DNA of 64,000 nt, from NCBI GenBank assembly GCA_965208675.1, contig OZ242351.1:1568001-1632000 (forward strand). Reading direction: 5' to 3'. Each line of letters begins with the position of its first letter. Within the stretch, counting starts at the first letter, position 1. Made by a program: the position numbers and the translations under genes. The notes under the pieces are model-generated. The model did no database searches, had not been told where the DNA came from, and saw only the letters and a list, made by a program, of their open reading frames with translations. This stretch comes from Candidatus Poribacteria bacterium (GTDB lineage: Bacteria; Poribacteria; WGA-4E; PCPOR2b). Below are positions 9,624-19,564 of the stretch, piece after piece.

Positions 9624-9821
9624 GACTCACTCCTTATAATCTCAATTTTTACTCAATCTCTGAACTCGCGCGCAATGCTAGTCGTCAAAAACCTTACCTT
9701 CAAATTACGTCTACAAAATGGGGTGCGTTTCACGATATTCTCCTGTAGCTTTGGGTTGATGCACCAATCGTTAAGCTGACATCCCCATCGCTGCGCTTTT
9801 GCTTAGCCGAACGTGATTCTT

Positions 9822-9856
9822 GAAATCGAGATTTTCCTCGAAAACTCGGTTTCTAC
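9822..9856 (-). repeat. REP-like hairpin (possible terminator)
   Basis: The minus strand reads GTAGAAACCGAGTTTTCGAGGAAAATCTCGATTTC, just after the Ldh_2 stop. Confidence 0.55.
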
Positions 9857-9866
9857 AACGGATTGA

Positions 9867-10913
9867 CTAGCTTACCCGCACATTCAAAGATGAGGCGGCT
9901 TCAACAATTGACTCCCAGACATCGTCGGCGATTGGAATTCCCTCGCGTTTACGCTCGGCGCGGGTGCGAGATTCCGGATCGCCGGGCATGAGCACCGCTT
10001 CAAATCCGGGCGCCGGCGCAATATCCCTAATACGATCTCCCATCTCATCCACTTGGGTTGTGAACGCAGCGAACGGGCGGAACAAATCTGCTTTGAGTAC
10101 AATCATCGTCACACCTTGGTGCCCCATTATAGCGCCGCCCCGGCCCGCATCCGTGAACGTATCGCTGCCCGTAAAGATTCTTCCGAGAAACTCCACTGCC
10201 ATCATCAGCGCATAGCCCTTGTGTCCGCCAAACGGCAAATAAGCACCCCCGTCAAAATAGTCGTTTGGATCCGTGCTTGGAACACCGTCTTTGTCAACGA
10301 GGCACCCGGCCGGCAATTGTTCACCCCTACGCCGCGCATCAAGGACTTTAACGCCCGACACGGCAGTCGTGGCGAAGTCGAACATCATCGGCGGCGTTTC
10401 GCCGCCGGGGAAACCCATCGCTAACGGGTTCGTATGCAGCGCCCGCTCTCGTCCGCCGTATGGGGCAGTTGCGGGCACTTCCACACCAAACCCTCCCGCC
10501 CAGAGCATCGAAATCATGCCTTCAGACGCCGCCATCTCCACATAGTGCCCTAGGCGCCCAATGTGGCAGGCTTGCACTAAACCGACGACCGTCACATGAT
10601 GTTCCTTCGCTTTTTCGATTGCGGTCTCCATCGCATACTTAGCCGTGACATGACCGAATGCCCAATTGCCTTTAACCAATGCGCTTGCGGCGGTTTCGTT
10701 TAGGATTTCAGGACGTGCAGTCCCGACAATTTCGCCGGCTTGCATGCCTTTTACATAGAATGGCAAATGCCAGACGCCGTGTGTGTCGACCCCGCTGAGG
10801 TTTGCCGACACAAGGTGTTCCGCAACAATGTCCGCGTTGTGTTCATTCGCACCGCCCTTCAGTAAAATCTCTCTGGCAAGCGCCTGAAGTGCGTCCGCAG
10901 TCTTGACTATCAT
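9867..10913 (-). CDS. Ldh_2 family (malate/L-lactate/ureidoglycolate-type) oxidoreductase
   Basis: GVDTHG, HIGRLGHY, HTNPLAMG, DFATT and GGHKGYAL. Confidence 0.9.
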   Translation of the reverse strand: MIVKTADALQALAREILLKGGANEHNADIVAEHLVSANLSGVDTHGVWHLPFYVKGMQAGEIVGTARPEILNETAASALVKGNWAFGHVTAKYAMETAIEKAKEHHVTVVGLVQACHIGRLGHYVEMAASEGMISMLWAGGFGVEVPATAPYGGRERALHTNPLAMGFPGGETPPMMFDFATTAVSGVKVLDARRRGEQLPAGCLVDKDGVPSTDPNDYFDGGAYLPFGGHKGYALMMAVEFLGRIFTGSDTFTDAGRGGAIMGHQGVTMIVLKADLFRPFAAFTTQVDEMGDRIRDIAPAPGFEAVLMPGDPESRTRAERKREGIPIADDVWESIVEAASSLNVRVS

Positions 10914-11210
10914 TTATCATTCCCAATAAGTTTGTTTTAGATGTTCACGCGCTGTCCAGCCGTTAGCGCCGCGTCAAACGCCCCGAATTCAGATTGAAAC
11001 CGGTCTGCCAATTTGGTAAAATAGAAATAACGCTGTTCCCAGAAATTGTAAAAACTGTTTCGTTATTTTTGCATGAAAGGCGAATAAAGTCAAGAAGATA
11101 AAGTACGGGCTATTCTGAGGAGGAGATGTTTCGAACGCTTCTTGCGCGGCGTTGACAAAATCGGCTTTCGCCGGCAATTCGCATGGCGCTTCCGTATACC
11201 CTAACGCTGT

Positions 11211-11291
11211 TTAGGATTTACGCAGAATTTGGGCGGGCACAAGACCTGCCCGTTCATTCCCAGTAGGGGCGCCCCTTGTAGTTGCCCCTAC
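11211..11291. repeat. Cluster of REP-like palindromes
   Basis: TTAGGATTTACGCA, GGGCGGGCACAAGACCTGCCC (11231-11251) and GTAGGGGCGCCCCTTGTAGTTGCCCCTAC (11263-11291). Confidence 0.65.
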
Positions 11292-11318
11292 TATAATTGT
11301 GAAATTGGGAAGGGAAAA

Positions 11319-12215
11319 ATGGAGAAACGGACTTTAGGAAAAACTGGTCTTGAGGTGAGCCGCCTAGGCTTAGGGCTTGCCTGGATAGGATTTGAGCTGA
11401 CACTGAACGAGACGCGGCAAGCCGGTGAGGTAATTAATACGGCGCTCGACGCCGGTGTTAACCTGCTCGATACCGCCGCCTGTTACGGTATCAGCGAAGA
11501 GCTAATCGGCCGCACGGTTGCGCACCGCCGCCATGAATACTATCTAGCTACCAAATGCGGGCACGGCGGGACGGGTGCGGACTGGTCTGCCGAAACTGTT
11601 AATGAGAACATTGACCGCAGCTTGAAGCGGATGCGGACCGATTACTTGGATATCGTGCAACTGCACTCCTGCGGCGTGCACATTCTTGAGGAGAGCGATG
11701 CCGTGCAGGCGCTATTGGATGCAAAGAAGGCGGGCAAAACGCGATTCATCGGCCACAGCGGGGATAACGAGTCTGCCCGATGGGTCATTGAGAGCGGCTT
11801 GTTCGACACGCTCCAAACCAGTTTCAACCTCATCGACCAACGCGCCCGTACGCGCCTGTTTCCTGCTGCAGAAGCTAACGATATTGGCATCATCATCAAA
11901 CGCCCAATCGCCAATGCCGTGTGGAAGGCAGCCAATAGCCCTAGCGACTATTATGACGGTTACTTTGAACGTGCTAAAATCATGGATGCGATGGGGCCCA
12001 TTCCCGGCGCACCGGAGAACCGTATCTTGCTCCCAATGAGTTTCACGTTCGCCCACGATGTGGTGGACACGGCAATTGTCGGCACCAAAAATCCTGAAAA
12101 TATGCGCCAAAACATCGAGTTGTACAATAGCGGCCTCTCAATCCCACCAGAAGCCGTTGCCGAACTGTACCGCCGCTTCGACCAGGTTGGGAGCGATTGG
12201 CACCAACTCAGTTGA
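11319..12215 (+). CDS. Aldo/keto reductase
   Basis: RTLGKTGLEVSRLGLG, DTAACYG, ATKCG and SLKRMRTDYLDIVQLH. Start re-called to the ATG at 11319 because the track extension is REP DNA. Confidence 0.92.
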   Translation: MEKRTLGKTGLEVSRLGLGLAWIGFELTLNETRQAGEVINTALDAGVNLLDTAACYGISEELIGRTVAHRRHEYYLATKCGHGGTGADWSAETVNENIDRSLKRMRTDYLDIVQLHSCGVHILEESDAVQALLDAKKAGKTRFIGHSGDNESARWVIESGLFDTLQTSFNLIDQRARTRLFPAAEANDIGIIIKRPIANAVWKAANSPSDYYDGYFERAKIMDAMGPIPGAPENRILLPMSFTFAHDVVDTAIVGTKNPENMRQNIELYNSGLSIPPEAVAELYRRFDQVGSDWHQLS

Positions 12216-12248
12216 TTTTCGTGGGGTGTGGTTACCCCCCTGATAAGG

Positions 12249-12501
12249 CTTACTATTACCCACAAGTCCAGAAACTCGCACGGAGCCACGCTGTGGGAGG
12301 GAAATCCTTCTCCCGATTGTCGAGAATCAAGCGACCGAATAGGGAGCGCGATAGTTTTAAGTGCCTCTCCTACAATGAGAGCGCCCTGCCGGCTCATTCC
12401 ATTAATCATTCCCCTCCTTTCTAAGGAGGGGTTAGGGGAGGTTATAGTTTGGGTTGAGCGCTGTTTCTAGCACCCTCCATTAAGATGTGGGTAATAGCAA
12501 G
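12249..12501. mobile_element. MITE-like non-autonomous element
   Basis: 16-bp TIRs CTTACTATTACCCACA / TGTGGGTAATAGCAAG (15/16 match), flanked by the 9-bp direct repeat CTGATAAGG (12240-12248 and 12502-12510). Confidence 0.75.
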
Positions 12502-12612
12502 CTGATAAGGGATCAACTGAGCGAATAGCGAAGGCGATAGTTTTGGGGTTGACATCTCTTTTTTAATCGAGTTAAAGGTGATGTGTAATCTTTGGTTGCA
12601 GTGACTATAATT

Positions 12613-13833
12613 CTAGTCCACCGGCGATTCCAGTTTACCCAATAGCGTTCGGCGAATGCAGTCGAGCCCTTGAATAGCGAGCCAGCGGCGAATATAGTCG
12701 GTATCCTGATAGTTGCGGCTGCGTTCGAAACGGAATGCGCGCCCCGGCCCCTGCAGAAGGATGTAGGTCGCATTTTCCTCGAATGGTCCCACCACCGCTA
12801 ACCCTAAACCATCGACCGGAGTGACTTGTCTCGTAAGCGAGGATGCGTGTGCTCGAATTTCTGCTTGCGATGATTGTGGATTTACTTCTGACCCCTCCAG
12901 CGCTTCCGCCAAATTTGCGGCAGGCTTTGTGCGTGCGATAGACTCGCCGTACCCGGCTTCGACGAGATCGCTCACCAGTTGGCCGTTAGTAAGCGAATCC
13001 ACAACCCCTAGCTTCAGCTCTCGTTGGTCCAATAATTGCCCCACCACCTCCGGCAACGACTCTCGTCCGACGCCGTAAACCGCGACGCCCAGCCGCTCTC
13101 TAAGCGTAGCCTCCATTTCAGCAATCAGCGCGTCCGCTTCTTCTTCGGTGTCGGCTTTGGCTGCGATTCGCACATCAGTTTGACCCACATGCGCCGCCAA
13201 CCCAACCGTCGGGTTAGCCGAAGTCATCAAATCCCCGATTGCCCGATCCACGTTACTTTCGCCAACAGCACAGGTCCGTATCACGCGCACCTTTGTGACC
13301 TTGCTCCCGCCCATACGCTCAACAAGCAGCGGAACCACCGAATGCTTCAGCACGTATTCAAGCTCGCGCGGCACGCCCGGCAGAGAAATCACACAGCCGC
13401 GTCCGCGCCAATCCTCGCTCAAAAAACACGGTGCAGTCCCAACGGGGTTGGATAACGGCGTCGCACCTTCGGGTATATACGCTTGGCGCTTGTTGTTTTC
13501 CGCCATCTTGCGGCCAAATCGGCGAAACCGTTCCGCGATTTCCGCTTCCAGTTCATCGCTGTAAACGAGTTTGCGCCCTGTGGCATTGGCAGCCGCTTGG
13601 CGCGTGAGGTCATCCACTGTGGGACCGATGCCGCCAGAGGTGATGACAACGTCCGAACGATCCAACGCCCGGTCGAGAATCTCCGTAATGCGCGCCTCAT
13701 TGTCGCCAACGGTAGTCTTGTAATATAAATCGAACCCGATCTCGCGGAGCGCAATGGCTAATCGGTTGGCATTCGTATCGACAATCTCGCCCAGCAGCAG
13801 TTCAGTGCCAATCATCACAATTTCCGCGTGCAT
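12613..13833 (-). CDS. cinA: Competence/damage-inducible protein CinA (COG1058 domain plus degenerate PncC domain)
   Basis: IGTELLLGEIVDTNA, TVGDN, GGIGPTVDDLT, NPVGTAP and LPGVPRE. Confidence 0.9.
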   Translation of the reverse strand: MHAEIVMIGTELLLGEIVDTNANRLAIALREIGFDLYYKTTVGDNEARITEILDRALDRSDVVITSGGIGPTVDDLTRQAAANATGRKLVYSDELEAEIAERFRRFGRKMAENNKRQAYIPEGATPLSNPVGTAPCFLSEDWRGRGCVISLPGVPRELEYVLKHSVVPLLVERMGGSKVTKVRVIRTCAVGESNVDRAIGDLMTSANPTVGLAAHVGQTDVRIAAKADTEEEADALIAEMEATLRERLGVAVYGVGRESLPEVVGQLLDQRELKLGVVDSLTNGQLVSDLVEAGYGESIARTKPAANLAEALEGSEVNPQSSQAEIRAHASSLTRQVTPVDGLGLAVVGPFEENATYILLQGPGRAFRFERSRNYQDTDYIRRWLAIQGLDCIRRTLLGKLESPVD

Positions 13834-13890
13834 CCGCTTTTCGATTCCCCCTCCGTTTTCTCTAAGTTCATTTCTGCAGATTGCATCACG

Positions 13891-13920
13891 GTTATATCAC
13901 AGTTACGAAACTATAGTCAA
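13891..13920 (-). promoter_or_regulatory. Sigma70-type promoter for cinA
   Basis: TTGACT-18 nt-TATAAC on the minus strand. Confidence 0.5.
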
Positions 13921-13939
13921 GGATTAAGCCAAATATGTG

Positions 13940-13968
13940 TTGACATCATCCGGGTATACGCATAAAAT
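13940..13968 (+). promoter_or_regulatory. Sigma70-type promoter
   Basis: TTGACA-17 nt-TAAAAT. Confidence 0.7.
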
Positions 13969-14083
13969 TGGAGCATTAAACCTCCTACTGTTTGGGAGGA
14001 ACATCCCTGTCCCGATAATCGAGTGAAGAACGCGTATAACAGACATTTTCAATACATATCTGACATCGCGCTAGTCTGCAAAT

Positions 14084-14108
14084 AAAGCCAACCTTTGGGC
14101 TTTTTTTT
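14084..14108 (+). terminator. Intrinsic terminator within a 5' leader
   Basis: AAAGCC-AACCTTTG-GGCTTTTTTTT, about 33 nt upstream of the DUF4234-like ATG. Confidence 0.6.
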
Positions 14109-14141
14109 ACACGAGCCACTATTTATGACAGGAGGTTTATC

Positions 14142-14525
14142 ATGCGGCATCGCCCGTATCCAATGGCTGACGGTGTGAGAAGCATTGCGCTCGGCATCAT
14201 TTTCAGCCTTCTGACTTGCGGAATTTATTCCCTGTATTGGCAGTACAAACAGATGGTAACGCTCAACGCGTGGTTAGGGCGGAACGATTACCGATTTTGG
14301 CTTTGGCTTTTCCTCAGCATCCTGACGTGCGGTATTTTTAGCTTCTACTATGAATACAAAATGGCCGTAGGAATCAACGAAATTCAGACTAATAGCGGGC
14401 TGCTCGTGAGCAGTTATTTAGCGGTAACATGCGTCTTGCTCGCAATTTTTGGGGTCGGCATCGCATCCCTCGCCATCCAGCAGTGGGAAATCAACAAATT
14501 CTACAATGCGCACGACGACGTTTAA
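14142..14525 (+). CDS. DUF4234-like small membrane protein
   Basis: AGGAGG RBS; twin LLTCGIY/ILTCGIF motifs; three hydrophobic segments. Confidence 0.8.
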   Translation: MRHRPYPMADGVRSIALGIIFSLLTCGIYSLYWQYKQMVTLNAWLGRNDYRFWLWLFLSILTCGIFSFYYEYKMAVGINEIQTNSGLLVSSYLAVTCVLLAIFGVGIASLAIQQWEINKFYNAHDDV

Positions 14526-14895
14526 TCACATTCATCTTGCGCGGGTTTTCCTAATCGGACTTGCTCTCGTCGGCATATACTCCGCATGGTCGGGTATATC
14601 GCCCGATAAGATGACGCTGATTCCGTGCTTATTTCGCGTCATCACGGATATATCGTGTCCCGGCTGCGGTATGACGCGCGCCTGTGTCTCGCTTGCACAG
14701 GGAAACATTACTGCAGCTTGGCATTTCCATCCGTTTGTATTTTTTGTTGTTCCGTTAGCCCTCGGTATCTCATGCGCTCCGATCCGCCTTCGAGATAATT
14801 GGCAAAGGCTCTCCGCACCCATCCGAAATTCGCTTGCTTGCATTGGTACCGCTCTCGTGCTAGGCGCCTGGATCTTTCGGTTAATCCAATTATAG
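14506..14895 (+). CDS. DUF2752-like membrane protein
   Basis: PCLFRVITDISCPGCGMTRA...AAWHFHP motif. The ATG at 14506 overlaps the upstream gene. Confidence 0.82.
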   Translation: MRTTTFNHIHLARVFLIGLALVGIYSAWSGISPDKMTLIPCLFRVITDISCPGCGMTRACVSLAQGNITAAWHFHPFVFFVVPLALGISCAPIRLRDNWQRLSAPIRNSLACIGTALVLGAWIFRLIQL

Positions 14896-14923
14896 TAATG
14901 TCACGCTTTATGCAGAAACCGAC

Positions 14924-14980
14924 GGTTGGGTAGCGTGGGTATGGTGTAACAGATGAAGCATTCCGCTCTACCCAACCTAC
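14924..14980 (-). repeat. REP element, GTAGGTTGGGTAGAGCG family
   Basis: The minus strand reads GTAGGTTGGGTAGAGCGG...CGCTACCCAACC; same family as the copies at 46785 and 61569. Confidence 0.7.
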
Positions 14981-15187
14981 ATCATTTGGACAGTAAAGCT
15001 TGACCGACTGGTCGTTTTGTGGGACCATTGGAATGCTCAAAGTTAATTGCGGCGGCACGTAACCAATCGGCGGGTAGACACAAGGTCCTCATTTCAGAGG
15101 GTTAAAGATGCTATACACGCAACACCTGAAATTCAAGCTGATTCATGCGGGAATCGGATTTTTGTTGCCAGAGGGGAGATAGCATCG

Positions 15188-15661
15188 ATGAACAGTCTCG
15201 TGAAGCGTGAGTTTTCTCTTTTGGAACAGACCTTGGCGTTGCGTAGGCAGTTGCTCGAAACACTGACCGACACAGTTCTCGGTCACACACTGCCCAGAAA
15301 TCCATCCCTCGGCGTACTGTGCCGAGAAGCTGGGCAGCACGACGAGATTTACATCGAGTCCTTCCGGACATTCGTTCTGGATTGGTCGCCGCGGCACGCG
15401 CCGTACGGAGCCGAAACGCAAGTTGAGGTTCTCAGAGAATGGTACGCTAGCTCCGATGATTCGCTGAAGGCGGCGCTCTCGGCGCTCTCCGAGGAGGACG
15501 TACAAGGCAAAACCATCGACCGCCAAGGTTACGCCGTGCCGGTTGGGGTACAACTTCACATCTACCGGGAATCAATTTTAATCTTCTGTGGCAAGGCGAG
15601 CGTCTACCTACACTCTCTGGGAATGCGTCTCCCCTCGCAGTGGCAGCAATGGATCGGATGA
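15188..15661 (+). CDS. DinB/YfiT-like four-helix-bundle protein (hypothetical)
   Basis: GGAG upstream of the ATG at 15188; NPSLGVLCRE and KASVYLHSLG pattern. Confidence 0.55.
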   Translation: MNSLVKREFSLLEQTLALRRQLLETLTDTVLGHTLPRNPSLGVLCREAGQHDEIYIESFRTFVLDWSPRHAPYGAETQVEVLREWYASSDDSLKAALSALSEEDVQGKTIDRQGYAVPVGVQLHIYRESILIFCGKASVYLHSLGMRLPSQWQQWIG

Positions 15662-15758
15662 CAGCATTGTTATCATTGAAAAACCAATCCACCAACGCTA
15701 GCCGTCCATCTGGAATTAAGAAGAGGTTGCCGCATTTCAGGTGTAGTTTGTGTGGGCA

Positions 15759-16928
15759 TTACACGCCCTTCAATCTCCGCGCCGCCTTCCACTGCCGCCA
15801 GAAATTGATACCGACACTGAACAAAACGGCGGCGCCGATAATTCCTAACATCAACCCCAGTATCGCGAAGCTAGAAGAACGAATGCCATACCAACAACCG
15901 CCAATCAGCGCCATGGCAATGAAAAAGTCTTGGATACATTGCCGCCTCGCTCTTCTGAGTACGGCGCGCAAGTTCTTTCGCCGCGCTTGTTTCACATAAT
16001 CTGCCAACAGTTCGACAGAGATTTGCGGCGGGTAAGCGCGAGCTTCTTCGGGTGAAACGTCTCGGACGCATCGAAACCCAATGTTGCTCGCAATGTAGTC
16101 CGGCGGCGCGTGAAAGCGATTTGCGCTGCGGAAATACCGCTGCGCAGTTTCATCCCTAACCTCTAACCATGACCCGCCTCGCAAGACCTTGTGTTCTTCG
16201 CCGTAACTGCGGTCAACGTAGGAACTCTGCGAATAAGGCCTAAACCTATCCGAGGTCCATTCCCACACGTTCCCCGCAACTTCATGCACGCCGTATGGGC
16301 TTGCTGCTAGAGGCCGAGCACCCACGGGCGTGCGTTCATCCGTGAGAATCTGTGTCAAATCTGACGGCTGCGCTGTGGTGTTCCCGACTCCGATTCGTCC
16401 TTTCATGCCGCCGTCCGCGCAGTCTGCTGATGGCTGATTGAGAAAGTCATCTCCCCACGGATAGATACGTCCATCTGCGCCTCTGGCGGCTTTCTCCCAT
16501 TCCGCCTCGGACGGCAAACGTCCGCCTGCCCATTCGGCGTAAGCGTTCGCCTCGTTCCAATTAACGTGAACGACTGGCAGGTTCTCCTGGCCGCGCACAA
16601 CCTTTCCGTTTTTCCAATCGCGCGGCGCAGGATGCCTCGTTGCATTCACAAATTTTGCATATTCCGCATTCGTGACAGGATAACGGTCAATCCGGTAGGC
16701 TCCAAGGTAAACAACGTGCATCGGCGCTTCATTGTAGTTTGCGTATTCAGATTGAGGCAAAATAGTGCCATAGAATGGTTCGATATCCGTGCCCATGATA
16801 AACGCGCTCGGCGGGATAACGACGTCATCTGTATGAAGCGCGCCCGGCCGTTCCAGACCGATATCTGCGTGGTTGGCGGCTTCCGAGGCACTGCTTCGAC
16901 TAGCAGCGTTCATCGGCGAAAATTCCAT
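15759..16928 (-). CDS. FGE-sulfatase (SUMF1-like) domain protein with C-terminal transmembrane helices
   Basis: FIMG, YPVTNAEY, PVVHVNW, RLPSEAEWEKAARG, AGNVWEW and IGFRC. Confidence 0.85.
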   Translation of the reverse strand: MEFSPMNAASRSSASEAANHADIGLERPGALHTDDVVIPPSAFIMGTDIEPFYGTILPQSEYANYNEAPMHVVYLGAYRIDRYPVTNAEYAKFVNATRHPAPRDWKNGKVVRGQENLPVVHVNWNEANAYAEWAGGRLPSEAEWEKAARGADGRIYPWGDDFLNQPSADCADGGMKGRIGVGNTTAQPSDLTQILTDERTPVGARPLAASPYGVHEVAGNVWEWTSDRFRPYSQSSYVDRSYGEEHKVLRGGSWLEVRDETAQRYFRSANRFHAPPDYIASNIGFRCVRDVSPEEARAYPPQISVELLADYVKQARRKNLRAVLRRARRQCIQDFFIAMALIGGCWYGIRSSSFAILGLMLGIIGAAVLFSVGINFWRQWKAARRLKGV

Positions 16929-17731
16929 TCGTCCGTTGCGTATTTCGTTTTAACTAAGCAATCTGCAGATTCCAGCTCTCGGTCTGAGAGTTCACCGTCA
17001 ATCAATTGCACGCCCAACTGTTTCTCGAAACCGGCGGCGACCGCATCTTCAATTTGCCGCCGATTAATCTGCACACATTCGCCAGTGTTGATAAACGCGG
17101 ACATCCCTTTGAGGTACCGGTCAAAGCCGGACTGCCGCGAAGCAAGCGCGAGTACATCGGCGGGCGGCATGTCGAGAGCGATGTAACCTTGGTGCATCAC
17201 GCCAATCTGGTTGCGGCGTTGGGATACGCCCGCGATTTTTTTCCCGTCGAGCATGACATCGTACTTTGCGGGATTAGTCAGGCAGATATTCGCGAGATCT
17301 GTTCCATGTTGCCTCTCTTGATTTACCGAGTGCCGTGCCAACGCTTCAATCTGTGGATTTGGGACTCCGACTTTTTTGAATCCGTGAATAAGACAGCCGC
17401 TGATGGCATCGTACGAGGCCGAGATTGATTTCGGTAAGATACCGTTATGCGGAACAACCACCGCATACGTGACATCCCAGCCGTGAATAACGGTACCGCC
17501 GCCCGTCATTCGGCGAACAAGCTCGACGCCTCGTGCGGCGCACGCTACGGCATCAACTTCGCGCGAAACTTGCTGAAAGTACCCAAAACTGAAAGCGGGC
17601 CGTGACCAATCATAAAACCGCAGCGTAGGTTGAGGGCTGGCAGCTTGACGAGAAAGAATCGCCTCATCAATTGCCATGTTCATCGCAGCGCTATGTTTTC
17701 CGGTCCGCAAAAACCGCCAAATGTGATTCAT
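16910..17731 (-). CDS. Lipoate-protein ligase A / LipM-type octanoyltransferase family
   Basis: NMAIDEA, TLRFYDW, VRRMTGGGTVIH and KKIAGVSQ. Confidence 0.9.
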   Translation of the reverse strand: MNHIWRFLRTGKHSAAMNMAIDEAILSRQAASPQPTLRFYDWSRPAFSFGYFQQVSREVDAVACAARGVELVRRMTGGGTVIHGWDVTYAVVVPHNGILPKSISASYDAISGCLIHGFKKVGVPNPQIEALARHSVNQERQHGTDLANICLTNPAKYDVMLDGKKIAGVSQRRNQIGVMHQGYIALDMPPADVLALASRQSGFDRYLKGMSAFINTGECVQINRRQIEDAVAAGFEKQLGVQLIDGELSDRELESADCLVKTKYATDEWNFRR

Positions 17732-17843
17732 AGATTCTCTGTATCCCCAAGTAAATCGCTTTCATTCCGTGCGCTTTAATCCTGGGTCTTCACCGTGCGC
17801 CGGATACATTGCCAACCGCGCTCATGGCGGCTGCATTAATCGG

Positions 17844-19163
<1,320 letters not shown>

Positions 19164-19346
19164 TTATATCAATGTTATCATCCGATGTGTGAGAAAACCA
19201 GAAATTTTATCTTTCGCGCCTATCAATCGGCGGTCGCAAATTTTCATGATATTCTGCTTTGATATGATGTCCAATCCGCCCATTATATCCGACTTTGGAG
19301 ATGATGTGCAAAATTTCGTGCGGCGCCGTAGCAGCGGTAAATACCC

Positions 19347-19375
19347 TTGACGGTCATATCGCAATTTGCTATTAT
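19347..19375 (+). promoter_or_regulatory. Sigma70-type promoter for tamB-bamA
   Basis: TTGACG-17 nt-TATTAT. Confidence 0.5.
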
Positions 19376-19564
19376 ACATTGCCGTGATTTGCAGAGGATT
19401 TGTCATACGGTAGGACACCTTGTGCCACTAAATGTATAACGTAAAAATCCTTCCATCCGCCCGTAAAGTCCATTTGATGTACATATCGCCGCACCGAATC
19501 AAGATTGGTTGTTTTACAGGTAAAACCCGCTGCAAATGAACCCTAAGTATCGTAGGAAGGCACT

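Noticed and set aside
13975-14110. Assignment of the leader to c-di-AMP (ydaO), c-di-GMP, T-box or 6S RNA
   Set aside because: Only a short GGAGGAAC resemblance is present and the other conserved motifs are missing, so it is left as an unassigned candidate.
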